This document shows, one piece after another, positions 24,253 to 36,712 of a stretch of 58,621 nt of DNA. The notes under the pieces were generated by a model. It was not told where the DNA came from. It was given only the letters and a program-made list of their open reading frames with translations, and made no database searches. How positions within the stretch are numbered: the first letter of the stretch is position 1; each line of letters begins with the position of its first letter. This stretch comes from Octopus bimaculoides (lineage: Eukaryota). The position numbers and the translations under genes are program-made. Where the stretch lies: the NCBI RefSeq assembly GCF_001194135.2, contig NC_068991.1:65568109-65626729 (forward strand). Reading direction: 5' to 3'.

Positions 24253-24662
24253 TACTCTTTTACTCGTTTCAGTCATTTGACTGTGGCCATGCTAGAGCAC
24301 CGCCTTTAGTTGAGCAAATCAACCCCAGGACTTATTCTTTGGAAGCCTAGTACTTATTCTATTGGTCTCTTTTTGCTGAACTGCTAAGTTACGGGGACAT
24401 AAACACACCAGCATCGGTTGTCAAGCGATGTTGTGGGGACAAACACAGACACACAAACATATACACACACATACATATATATATATATATACATATATAC
24501 GACGGGCTTCTTTCAGTTTCCATCTACCAAATCCACTCACAAAGCTTTGGTCGGCCCGAGGCTATAGTAGAAGACACTTGCCCAAGGTGTCACGCAGTGG
24601 GCCTGAACCCGGAACCACGTGGTTGATAAGCAAGCTACTTACCACGCAGCCACTCCTACGCC
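24253..24662 (-). mobile_element. family B SINE, full length
   Basis: Near-identical to 19186-19592. Confidence 0.88.
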
Positions 24663-25059
24663 TACGGCTTGGGGATTTTTTTTATCATTGAGGTTTACTC
24701 CTCTCTGGTGATTATTTTAGTCTGGCTCTACTAGGAGATGAACTCCTGCCAGCATTGCTCTCGGGATCATTGGAGCATGCATATAAGACATATAAAAATA
24801 TTTTTAAAAAATATAATTTTTAAATATACATAACATAAAATTTATAAACAATGTATACAGATGGAGAGGACAAGTTATGGTGATCCGTGCAATAAGCACG
24901 ACCAGATAATGAGAATGATTTGACTGAGTAATCTGAATGCTAAGAGGTAATCTGAGAAGAGGAAATAGCAAGCCCTCTGCACAATAATCAATAATAAGGT
25001 GGCTCAACAGAAAATAAATCTCCAAAAGAGATAATTATATCTGATATCATCAAGATCAG

Positions 25060-25430
25060 AGGTTGGCAACAGGTGGGCTATGATACACAAGCAGATCACT
25101 GAAGAGCTCTCCGTGGGCCTTAGTGGACTTTTTCTAAATAGGTTGGCCACAGATGGACCACCACAAGTTTTCTGTGGGCCTTGCATCTTTACTAAAAAAG
25201 ATTGGCCACAAATGGACCACTAGAAATTCTGTGGGTCTTGCATCTTTACTAAAAAGATTGGCCACAGGTGGACCACTGAAAATTCTCTGTGAGCCTTGGG
25301 TCTTTTCTGAAGTAGCTGGCAACAGATGAACCACTGAAATTCTCTGCAGGTCATGAACTTCTAAAAAGGATGGCCACAGGTGAACCAGTGAGAAATTATC
25401 TGTGGGCCATTGACATAAATTTTTCAAATC
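25060..25430. repeat. minisatellite, unit about 58-60 bp, about 6 copies
   Basis: Repeated TTGGCCACAGRTGGACCACTGAAATTCTCTGTGGGCCTTG. Confidence 0.85.
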
Positions 25431-26759
25431 TTTTTGCTTGTAGTCCACGGAACTGTTGGTGGCTTTATATTGTCATTCATGTGATGATTTGCTTAAATTT
25501 TGCTTATATGTGCATTACCAATGATGAAAATAGGTAGGGATATACAGGGAGATAGGTTAACACACACACAAGATAGGCTAACACACACAGGCCACAGGCA
25601 AATGTAAAAGAAAAAAGTCGAAAGTGGGCTAATACAATAAAAAAAAAGCTGCAAATCTCTGATTTATATGCTGTTTTCATCAATCAATTTTGAGGGAGAG
25701 GTGGGGAAGAGAGAGAGAGGGAGACAAGTAGAGAGAACATTTAGACAAAATAGAATTTTTTTATACATAAATGATAGATAAACTTGAGAAACTTGTGATG
25801 GTTTATACTGTCTTGGAATTTCTCATCCTAAAGTATTTCCTCTAGAATATGTCTGGGGAAAGGATATTCAGCATTCTCATCACAAGTATTAAGATAATTG
25901 TTGTATCAGGTTTATTAAAGTCGGTCACAGTTTAGTTGTACTTAAGAATGTTGACAACGACTGGCGAGACATTTAGTTTGAAAATAAAACTACTACCACC
26001 ACCACCACCACCATCGTCACCACCACTACATGTGATGACACTGTATTGTGTTAGTATAACACCATTTAAACATGTGTTTGGCAATTTTCTCTACCTCTCC
26101 TTTATTGCTAGAGCAGCAGAAATTGTTTCAAGTGACTCATAACTAGCTTAATACACTTGATGGGAGGAATTTAAATGAACAAATAACAAGATGACTTACT
26201 AAAAAAAAAGCAAATAAATGAAAGGAAGACATTTACAGATGATGTTGCATAACTGTTAAATATATATCGTAAAGAATACATACATACATACAATACTGAA
26301 TAAATATATGATGCTGGACAAATATATATATAATACCTACATCATCATCATCATCGTTTAACATCTGTTTTCCATGCTGGCATGGGTTGGCCAGTTTGAC
26401 ATGAGCTGTCCAAACTCCAATTGTCTCTTATTGCATGGCTTCTAAGGCTGGATGCCCTTCCTAATACCAACCACTTTACAGAGTGTGCTGGGTGCTTTTT
26501 ATGTGCCACCAGTATGGGTACATTCACACAGCACCGGCACAAGTACATTTTATGTGTCACTGACATGTGTAAAGGACAAGCCTGTATGTATGCATGTATG
26601 GATGACAGCAATTCTATTTAGCTTGCTGTGTCATTTACATTAACTGATATAGGTTGATTGTATGCACAGCCTGGTAGACTAACTCTTCTTCCTGTTCTTC
26701 ATTGCAGGAAAATAATGGGTCCTAAGCAGAAAAAATGTGTTGTCACTGAGTTCTTTACG

Positions 26760-27510
26760 AAGGCAGCGTGCAGGCAGGCTGTCTGACATCCACAGAAGGC
26801 TACAAACTATTTATGGAGATGACACCAGTGACAAGAGCAGAGTTCGCGGACAGATGAAATTTAAAGAAGGGCAAACCAGCTTTGAAGTCAAACCATGCAG
26901 TAGGAGATTGTCAGCTGAGACCACTGGCAAGAATCACCAGGGAATAGATGGAGTGATTCATGCAGGTAGAAGAGTCAGAATCCATGAGCTTGCTGCACAA
27001 CTGTGGCCATAATGCATTACAGAAGATGGTAGAAAACTTCGGGTATAAGAAAGGTGGAAGTCTGCTCTTATCTGCTGGAAGCATTTGAAGCTGAGGATGG
27101 CATTCTTACCTCAATCTGATGGCAGAAGATGAAACATTACTTTATTTTTATAATTTGGAAATGAAGGCTCAATTCATAGAATTATGTCATATTACTTCTC
27201 CATGGCCTAAAAAGTTCAACAGCCAAGAATTGGTACAGAAAGTCATGGTGACTGTTTTGTGGGGACCTAGCTATACTATGAACAGTGAGTGGTACATTGA
27301 GACACTCAAAAAGCTTAGCAAATCCATTGGGAGAAAAAGACCAAACACGAATCTGAAAAGGATCTGCATTCCCCACAACAATGTGCAATAACATATCTTT
27401 AGCAGCAAATCAGACAATCAGCAAACAAGGCTGTCAGTGGTTCCCCAGTCACTGTACAGCCCAGATCTGGCACCTTCTAACTTCCACCTGTTCAATCCAA
27501 TGAAAAAGTC
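26760..27510 (+). mobile_element. degraded mariner transposase relic
   Basis: IHRRLQTIYGDD...; DETLLYFYNLEMK...KVMVTVLW...; YSPDLAPSNFHLF near 27455-27495. Many stops and deletions. Confidence 0.8.
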
Positions 27511-27914
27511 TTCAGGCACAATAATGCAATAATGCACACCTGACGATTTTCAAATATAAAAGTTGTGTTCAATAATAGTGTAAATGCTTTATATGTGATG
27601 GAAACTATGCTGAATAATACCTTTGTATTGTGGAAGAGTTACTCTATCACCATGTGCATTTTGAATAACCAATTAATGAAAAACTTATTCCCACTTTTTT
27701 GGCATAAGGAAGAGCATCCCAGCCACAAAAACCATACCAAAGCAGACACTGGAGCTCAATACAGTCCTTGGACACATCACGGATCCTGTCAAACCATCCA
27801 ACCCATACCAGCATGGAACATGGACTTTAAAAGATTATGATGGTGACATCTGCAATATTTTCTGCTTGACCATTGTGTATAATAAATAAGCAGAGGAGGA
27901 TAGTAACCAGAGTA

Positions 27915-28300
27915 AGAACAGGGCAGAAAAAAGTTCAAAGAGTTATTACTTCTGGTGACAACAAAGGCTTTACTCATCAAATGAAAAGCAGATTGTATCA
28001 GTCTTATATGTGCAATATGGTAGTGAGATGTGAGCAGTGAATATGGAGAATATGTGAAAGCTGGAAAGAAATAAAGAAAGCATGCTCTGCTGAATATCTA
28101 ATGCCAGTGTCCATGAATGACCGTATAAAAATACACCATGGGAAAAATTAGATTGTGTGCCAAAGAGAAGGCTGCAATGGTATGGATAAGTGATGTGCAT
28201 AGCGAATGACAGTTAAATGGTAAAATGTCAAATGATGAAAGCAGTAGAAGCTTGCAGATCAGAAAAGCTTAAGATGTTGGTTGAAGTGGACAGCATTGAT
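27915..28300 (+). mobile_element. RTE-clade LINE ORF C-terminal relic
   Basis: Degenerate KFRELLLL...YGSEM*AVNMENM*KLERNKESML..., resembling the RTE C-terminal HGSETW...RLERNEASMLRW pattern. Confidence 0.6.
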
Positions 28301-29399
28301 TTTCTGATGTTGAGCTTCACAAAGGAGATAATGAACAGAGGCAAATGAAGAGGTGTTGTGTTGAAACCCAAGCCAGCAGTAAAAATGATGCTAATGGTGA
28401 CTGATTAAATATATACGATATTGACACATGAGATGCACCATTTTGAGCGTGACCGTTGCCAGTACTGCTTGACTGGCTCCCGTAGGATTTTCGAGCGAGA
28501 TCGTTGCCAGTGCCCCTGGACTGGCTTGTGCGGGTGGCACATAAAAGACACCATTTCGAGCGTGGCCATTTTCGTGCGGGTGACACGTAAAAGCACCCAC
28601 TACACTCTCTGAGTGGTTGGCGTTAGGAAGGGCATCCAGCTGTAGAAACTCTGCCAAATTAGATTGGAGCTTGGTGTTGCCATCCGGTTTCACCAGTCCT
28701 CAGTCAAATCGTCCAACCCATGCTAGCATGGAAAGCGGACGTTAAACGATGATGATGATGATGATGATTGAATAAATGTGTATGGTACAGTAAAATGGCT
28801 CCAATCTACAATATAAAATAGCTGGAGATAGAAAAGACAGCCTGCTATAAAAACTAGACCATCTATGACAACAAAAACTAATGGCTTTGTTTTTTGCAAT
28901 TAGCATATAATGGAGGACCACAGCAAATGGTGAGAAGTTGTACTACTAAAGCATACCTATCAAACCCATTGCTGGTATGGAAAAACAGAGAGATGATGAT
29001 GATCATCATCATCTATTATATAATACTGAACAAATATACATGATAAGCACAGATATAGCTGTGTGGTAAGAAGTCTGCTTCACAATCATATTGTTCTGGG
29101 TTCAGTCCTACTGTGTGGCACCTTGGGCAAGTGTCAACTAATTTAACCCTGGGCCAACCAAAGACTTGGTGGTGAATTTGGTAGACAAAAATTTGTGTGT
29201 GTGTGCGTGTGTGCGTGTGTGCGTGCGTNNNNNNNNNNNNNNNNNNNNNNNNNNNNNNNNNNNNNNNNNNNNNNNNNNNNNNNNNNNNNNNNNNNNNNNN
29301 NNNNNNNNNNNNNNNNNNNNNNNNNNNNNNNNNNNNNNNNNNNNNNNNNNNNNNNNNNNNNNNNNNNNNNNNNNNNNNNNNNNNNNNNNNNNNNNNNNG

Positions 29400-29435
<36 letters not shown>

Positions 29436-31269
29436 TGTGTGCGTGCGTGTGTGTGTGTGAGTCTCTTTGCCTTGAAATCATGTGAGAGTTGTAAACGAGT
29501 GTCACTGTCGTGCAAGCGGTGCCCTTCATTTCCAGCCTTCTGTGAAAACATTGTCTGGTCACAAAGAGATATTAGCTTACTTGGGAGGTCAGGGTGGTAA
29601 TAGGAAGGGCATCCAGCCGTAGAAAATCTGCCTCAACAAACTACACCTGACCCATGCAAACATGGAAAAGTGGACGTTCAAATGACAATACTGATGATGG
29701 TGATGGTGATACCATGCTACAGAATAAACAATATACTGGCCAAAATGCTAAACCATACAGAGTAGATGACAAGAGACCACAACAGGTAGAGAGACAGTAT
29801 TGGGAAATGTAAGCACGGTAAAACAGTCAAAGGACCATGAATCAACATATATAATACTCTATAGATACATATGATAGTCTATCTTTCACTTGTTTCAGTC
29901 ATTGGACCATAGCCATTTTGAGGTACCATCTTCAAGGGCTCAGCCCCCAAAAAATCAACCCCAGTATTTAGTTTTGAAGTCTGGTACATATTCTACCAGT
30001 CTCTATTGCCAAACTGCTATGGTATGGGGACATAAATAAACCAGCACTGGTTGTCATGCAATGGATAGGACATAGACAGAAAGATACACACACACATTAT
30101 ATCATCATCATCGTCGTTTAACGTCCACTTTCCATGCTAGCATGGGTTGGACGATTTGACAGAGGACTGGTGAACCAGATGGCTACACCAGGCTCCAATC
30201 TGATTTGGCAGAGTTTTCTACAGTTGGATGCCCTTCCTAACGCCAACCACTCCGAGAGTGTAGTGGGTGCTTCTTCAATATAGTTTGTCTAACTAATTCA
30301 GTCACAAGGCATTAATTAGTCAATCCCAAGGCTATAATAGAAGATACTTGCCCAAGGTACTGCACAGTGGGACTGAACTTGAAAGCATGTGGTTGTAAAG
30401 TGGGCTTCTTAACCACACTAGCTATGCCTGTACCTATATGCTATTTACAAGGCAGAAAAAAAAAAAGCTTTGCCTTGATTGGTGGGTATGTAAATTCTAA
30501 AAGTTGGTTCTGGCCTACATTATTTGAACAATATATATTTCCTCATTGTTTCTGGTCAACTATTTGCTAAGGAGTGAACACATGAACAGCTGCAAACAAA
30601 CTGATCTCTGTATGACGTGTGAACTCCAGACATATATATATGATGCAACTATGAAAATTCTGGACGTCTATTAAAAGCACATTCCATTTTGCAGTAACTG
30701 AAAGTAATAACAAAACACATACTTTGGTCACCAAAGAGATGCTCATGAATTCCTATCCTGTTGATGTTTTGCAAAAATCATGTCTGAATGGCTATTAAAA
30801 GTCAAACAAGTACAGTAGAGTAACCAAAGTAATCAATTAGATATCTAGAAGATTTCTGCGCAGTTCAAGTTCAGTTTATACTGCGTAAAGAGAACTCAAA
30901 TATCTCTGATCCACATCTGGATATTGACTTAGATATAAAGAATGCACTCTCTTTAGAGTAAGCATTTGAGAAATATGTAACAGCTGTGGTTTTGGATCAT
31001 TACCATTCCTACATACGTACCAAGTGGCAATGTTTGTAAGTAGCTGAAAAGCATTTTACCATCCACAAACCGCCCAATGTTTTAACAATTCCAATGGAAA
31101 CATTTGATTATAACTTGAACAAAATTGTCCAGTATATCAGCTCGGTTTTTGTCCGTGTATGAGTATTTGAAAAGGTGAATCACTGATGAATATAAACTCA
31201 AGCCAGTACTGGTACATCTAATCATTATTTTTTTCCAGTTGTATAAATTACTATTGCATAATATAATTT

Positions 31270-31303
<34 letters not shown>

Positions 31304-32139
31304 TGGAGCAGCTGTAGTCTATTGAAGTGAATATAGGAAATATTTTCTGTGGACCAATGGTGGGATAAAATGCAATGACTGGTAGGATTTGAACTCAGTC
31401 ATTAATCAATGAAATTAATTGCTGTTCAGCACAATAATTAATCTGTGTCACCATTACAGACCTGATAATAATAAATTGTACTAAAGTAATAGCAACAATA
31501 CTGGTTTTAAATTTTGACAAAAGCCAATCATTTTCAGGAGTGGTAAAAAGTTGCATGATTATATACTTTAGGATTTAAATTTGCATGTTTTCGAAATAAC
31601 TAAGGATTGAAATTAAACGAAGTTGTTGATTAGTGACCATTAGTCATGTTCCTGCAACCTCTTACAAGAAGTAATTCTATAACTATTTCCCCAGCACAGC
31701 ATAGCAAATTAACATTGCTAAAAGTGATGCAAAATCAGATTTACTTTCATCTAATGATGAAGAAGTGATTTTTGACCAGAGTCTAAATGTCACCATTTCT
31801 GTCTCAGAAAATACTCAGAGTTTAAGAAACGACTGTAAATGTCTTCATTCCTCTGATAGATTGCTTGTTTATAGTTGTCCAATGAATTAGATGTTCATCA
31901 TCTCCATCAATTATGGATTCTTTGATAACTATACATCTTAATCCTTGATGCACAGCCTTGGTTGCAGACGGGACACATGAAATCATAACCCATTCATACA
32001 AATATGATGGTGGTTCACCCATGTTTCATGAACACCATCAATGGTACTTAAAATGATCTGCTCTTGACAGTGGTTCTTTAAGGTCTGCTAACCTCCAAAA
32101 TGGCTTTTGACAGACCTTACAAAACAAACCTGAAGATAT

Positions 32140-32660
32140 CATCATCATCATCATCATCATCATCGTTTAACGTCCGCTTTCCATGCTAGCATGGGCTGGA
32201 CGATTTGACCTAGGACTGGTGAAAACAGATGGCTACACTAGGCTCCAATCTGATTTGGCAGAGTTTCTACAGCTGGATGCCCTTGCTAATGCCAATGACT
32301 CAGAGAGTGTAGTGGGTGCTTTTACATGCCACCGGCACGAAGGCCAGTCAGGCGGTACTGGCAATGGCCACGCTCAAAATGGTGTATTTTATGTGCCACC
32401 CGCACAAAAGCTAGTCCAGGGGAACTGGCAACGATCTTGCTTGAAAGTCCTTACACATGCCGTGGGCACAAGTACCAGAAAGGCGACGCTGGGCACAGGT
32501 GCCATCACGATTTCGCTTTCGCTTGCCCCAATAAGTCTTCGCAAGCTGAGTTTCATGTCCGATGAAGGAGACGACGTTGGCATGGGTGCCAGTCGTCAAA
32601 TTTAACTCGATTTCACTTGCCTCAACAGGTCTTTGCAAGTGGAGTTTAGTGTCCAATTTA
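32140..32660 (-). mobile_element. family C element, longest copy in the window
   Basis: Extends further 5' than 51166-51615, with a second copy of the CTTGC...GCAAG hairpin unit. Confidence 0.82.
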
Positions 32661-32933
32661 ACTCTATTTCGATTTCAGATGTAAATTTGTATGTATAGCA
32701 CTGTGTCGATAATGAATTTATCTTTTATTTTTCACTTGTTTCAGTCATTGGACTTCTGACAAATTAACCCCAGTACTTAGTCTTTTTTAAAGTCTGGTGC
32801 TTATTATGCTGGTCTCTTTTGCTGAGCTGTTATGATATGGAGATGTAAACAAACCAACACTGGTTGTCAAGTGGTGGGAGAGGGAGGGACAGACAGACAG
32901 ACACACACACATAATGGGATTCCACACAGTTTC

Positions 32934-33167
32934 TTATTTCTTTATTGCCCACAAGGCGCTAAACATAGAGAGGACAAACAAGGACAGACAAACGGATTAA
33001 GTTGATTGCATTGACCCCAGTGCATAACTGGTACTTAATTTATCGACCCCGAAAGGATGAAAGGCAAAGTCGACCTCGGCGGAATTTGAACTCAGAATGT
33101 AATGTCAGACGAAATACCGCTAAGCATTTCACCCAGCATGCTTACGTTTCTGCCAGCTCGCCGCCAA
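32934..33167 (-). mobile_element. tRNA-derived SINE, family A, nested in a family B SINE
   Basis: Same family as 6162-6397. 14-bp TSD TTCCACACAGTTTC (32920-32933, 33168-33181). Confidence 0.88.
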
Positions 33168-34600
33168 TTCCACACAGTTTCTGTCTACTAAATTCACTCA
33201 CAAGGCATTTTTTGGCTCAGTAGTGCTATAGCAGCAGGCACTTGTTCAGNNNNNNNNNNNNNNNNNNNNNNNNNNNNNNNNNNNNNNNNNNNNNNNNNNN
33301 NNNNNNNNNNNNNNNNNNNNNNNNNNNNNNNNNNNNNNNNNNNNNNNNNNNNGTGCGGGCGACACATGAAAACTTTTTTTTTTGTGCCGTTGGCACATGA
33401 AATGCACCATTTTGAGCGTGGCCGTTGCCAGTACCGCCTGACTGGCCTTCGTGTGGGTGACACGTAAAAGCACCCACTACACTCTCTGAGTGGTTGGCGT
33501 TAGGAAGGGCATCCAGCTGTAGAAACTCTGCCAAATCAGATTGGAGCCTGGTGTAGCCATCTGGTTTCACCACTCCTCAGTCAAATCGTCCAACCCATGC
33601 TAGCATGGAAAGCGGACGTTAAACGACGACGACGACGACTGCATGTCATATGATCTTTTCTCATGAATATACAATAGTCAATGCTTTATTTGACAAAATG
33701 ACTTCATTCACAATAGTGAGCCCATCCTTGGGAGGACACATACAACCACAAATACTAAAAGCCAAGCTCAACCCATCTACACAACCAGCTGTGCGCTATT
33801 GTGCAGCTCATTTAAACTCTCGCTTTCAAGAATACTTGCACCATCCTTTGCCTGCATACAAACACACATGCATGTATACAGAGATATTACCCACCCATAC
33901 AAACATATAGACACATACATAGGTATATATTAGTGCTGCTGGACTGGCTCCTGTGCAGGTGGCACGTAAAAAACACCATTTTGAGCGTGGCCGTTGCTAG
34001 TACCGCCTGACTGGCCTTTGTGCCGGTGGTACGTAAAAACACCCACTACACTCTCGGAGTGGTTGGTGTTAGGAATGGTATCCAGCTGTAGAAACTCTGC
34101 CAGATCAGATTGGAGCAGCCATCTCGTTCGCCAGTCCTCAGTCAAATCGTCCAACCCATGCTAGCATGGAAGGCAGACATTAACCGATGATGATATATAT
34201 ATATATATATACAGATACGCATGACAAAAATCAAGGTGAACTAAAAAGCTTGATAACTTGCAGGACACCTGACTTCTGACAGACAAAGCAGAGGTGATTA
34301 ATCTATAGGAGTATTCTTAAGTCAAGTGAATCACAATAGCAAACTGTGCTGAACAGAGGAAGGTAGCCACATAAACTATATCTTAATCTTCATTTCTAGA
34401 CAACGAGGAAAGACATAATTATCCAGATTACTCATACCTTTTCTTTTTTTTTTTCCTTTCAAAAACAATTTTTTTTTTTTTGTCCTCTCATTCATGTTGT
34501 TGTGGGTAATTTACAAATCTGTCAATGAAGGAGAGTCTAAATGGTTCACTGGCCAGTTAAATATAGCACGAAAATCTCCCTCAAATTTGATATCCAACTG

Positions 34601-35408
34601 NNNNNNNNNNNNNNNNNNNNNNNNNNNNNNNNNNNNNNNNNNNNNNNNNNNNNNNNNNNNNNNNNNNNNNNNNNNNNNNNNNNNNNNNNNNNNNNNNNNN
34701 NNNNNNNNNNNNNNNNNNNNNNNNNNNNNNNNNNNNNNNNNNNNNNNNNNNNNNNNNNNNNNNNNNNNNNNNNNNNNNNNNNNNNNNNNNNNNNNNNNNN
34801 NNNNNNNNNNNNNNNNNNNNNNNNNNNNNNNNNNNNNNNNNNNNNNNNNNNNNNNNNNNNNNNNNNNNNNNNNNNNNNNNNNNNNNNNNNNNNNNNNNNN
34901 NNNNNNNNNNNNNNNNNNNNNNNNNNNNNNNNNNNNNNNNNNNNNNNNNNNNNNNNNNNNNNNNNNNNNNNNNNNNNNNNNNNNNNNNNNNNNNNNNNNN
35001 NNNNNNNNNNNNNNNNNNNNNNNNNNNNNNNNNNNNNNNNNNNNNNNNNNNNNNNNNNNNNNNNNNNNNNNNNNNNNNNNNNNNNNNNNNNNNNNNNNNN
35101 NNNNNNNNNNNNNNNNNNNNNNNNNNNNNNNNNNNNNNNNNNNNNNNNNNNNNNNNNNNNNNNNNNNNNNNNNNNNNNNNNNNNNNNNNNNNNNNNNNNN
35201 NNNNNNNNNNNNNNNNNNNNNNNNNNNNNNNNNNNNNNNNNNNNNNNNNNNNNNNNNNNNNNNNNNNNNNNNNNNNNNNNNNNNNNNNNNNNNNNNNNNN
35301 NNNNNNNNNNNNNNNNNNNNNNNNNNNNNNNNNNNNNNNNNNNNNNNNNNNNNNNNNNNNNNNNNNNNNNNNNNNNNNNNNNNNNNNNNNNNNNNNNNNN
35401 NNNNNNNN
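34601..35408. other. assembly gap (one of 11 N runs; the largest are 34601-35408 and 39529-40441)
   Basis: N characters. Most gaps abut microsatellites or SINEs. Confidence 1.
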
Positions 35409-35824
35409 GCCGGTGACACATAAAAGCACCCACTACACTCTCGGAGTGGTTGGTGTTAGGAAGGTCATCCAGCTGTAGAAACTCTGCCAAATCAGATTGG
35501 AGCCTGGTGTAGCCATCCGGTTCACCAGTCCTCAGTCAAATCGTCCAACCCATGCTAGCATGGAAAGCGGACGTTAAACGATGATGATGATGTGTATGTG
35601 CCTTTGTGTCTGTGTTTGTCCCCCATCACTGCTTGACAACTGGTGTTGGTGTGTTTATGTCTCTGTAACTTGGTGGTTCAGCAAAAGAGACTGATAGGAT
35701 AAACACTAGGCTTAAAAAATGGCATGCTAGTGTGCCGTGGCATACTGGTTGTGGAGCACTGGCCTAGATAAATGCTTTATAAGTGCAAGGATTTTTTACA
35801 GAAAGAGAGAAAGCTAACCATGCG

Positions 35825-36188
35825 CCTGTGTGGTAAGTAGCTTGCTTACCAACCACATGGTTCCGGGTTCAGTCCCAATGCATGGCACCTTGGGCAAGTG
35901 TCTTCACTAGACGGAAAACTGAAAGAAGACCGTCATATATATGTATATGTATATATATATGTGTGTGTATGTGTTTGTGAGTCAGTGTTTGTCCCTCCCA
36001 ACATCGCTTGACAACCGATGCTGGTGTGTTTATGGCCCTGTAACTTAGCGGTTCGGCAAAAAAAACCAATAGAATAAGTACTAGGCTTACAAAGAATAAG
36101 TCCTGGGGTCGATTTGCTCAACTAAAGGCAGTGCTCCAACATAGCCACAGTCAAATGACTGAAACAAGTAAAAGAGTAAAAAGAGTAA
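35825..36188 (+). mobile_element. family B SINE (internal deletion)
   Basis: Head and 3' body match family B. The segment between GTCTTCACTA and AGACGGAAA is deleted. Confidence 0.8.
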
Positions 36189-36552
36189 TAGTGCTCACAA
36201 GCAACATGGCATATTACATTAAAAAAAAAAAAAATCTGGTACCCCGTTGGTTACAATGAGAGTTCCAGCTGATTTGATCAATGAAAGACCTTGCTCATGG
36301 ACTTAACGTGCAAGTGGCTGAGCACTCCGCAGATACATGTATCCAGGGACATTAAACATCACATAGAATGTGACAAGGCTGGCCCTTTTGAAATGCAGGT
36401 ACAACTCATTTTTGCCAGCTGAGTGGACTGGAGCAATGTGAAATAAAGTGTCTTGCTTAAGGGCCCAATGTGCCACCAAGTATCAGTCAAATCGTCCAAC
36501 CCATGCTAGCATGGAAAGTGGACGTTAAACAACGATGATGATGATGATGATA

Positions 36553-36712
36553 ACAAAGAACTTAGTAAGATAACTTAGTTATCATTAAGCTAGTGTTAGG
36601 AACATAAATTGTGACTAAGATTTGGTAAATGATTTTAATTCAAAACTTATGAAAACAAGACATTTGCACGACAGAGCCAGAGGCGGTTTCAGCCGGGTTG
36701 GTATCGAAAGGG
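36553..36712. mobile_element. partial copy of the same piggyBac-type MITE
   Basis: Aligns by eye with 22680-22839 and ends GAAAGGG|TTAA. Left part is missing, next to a (GAT)n-tailed SINE end. Confidence 0.7.

Noticed and set aside
31640-32130. Stretch that looks like decayed coding sequence in sav intron 1
   Set aside because: Stops in all frames and no motif I could assign. TBLASTX against Repbase would be needed.
34494-35490. Long X-filled ORFs across N runs
   Set aside because: Artefacts of assembly gaps.
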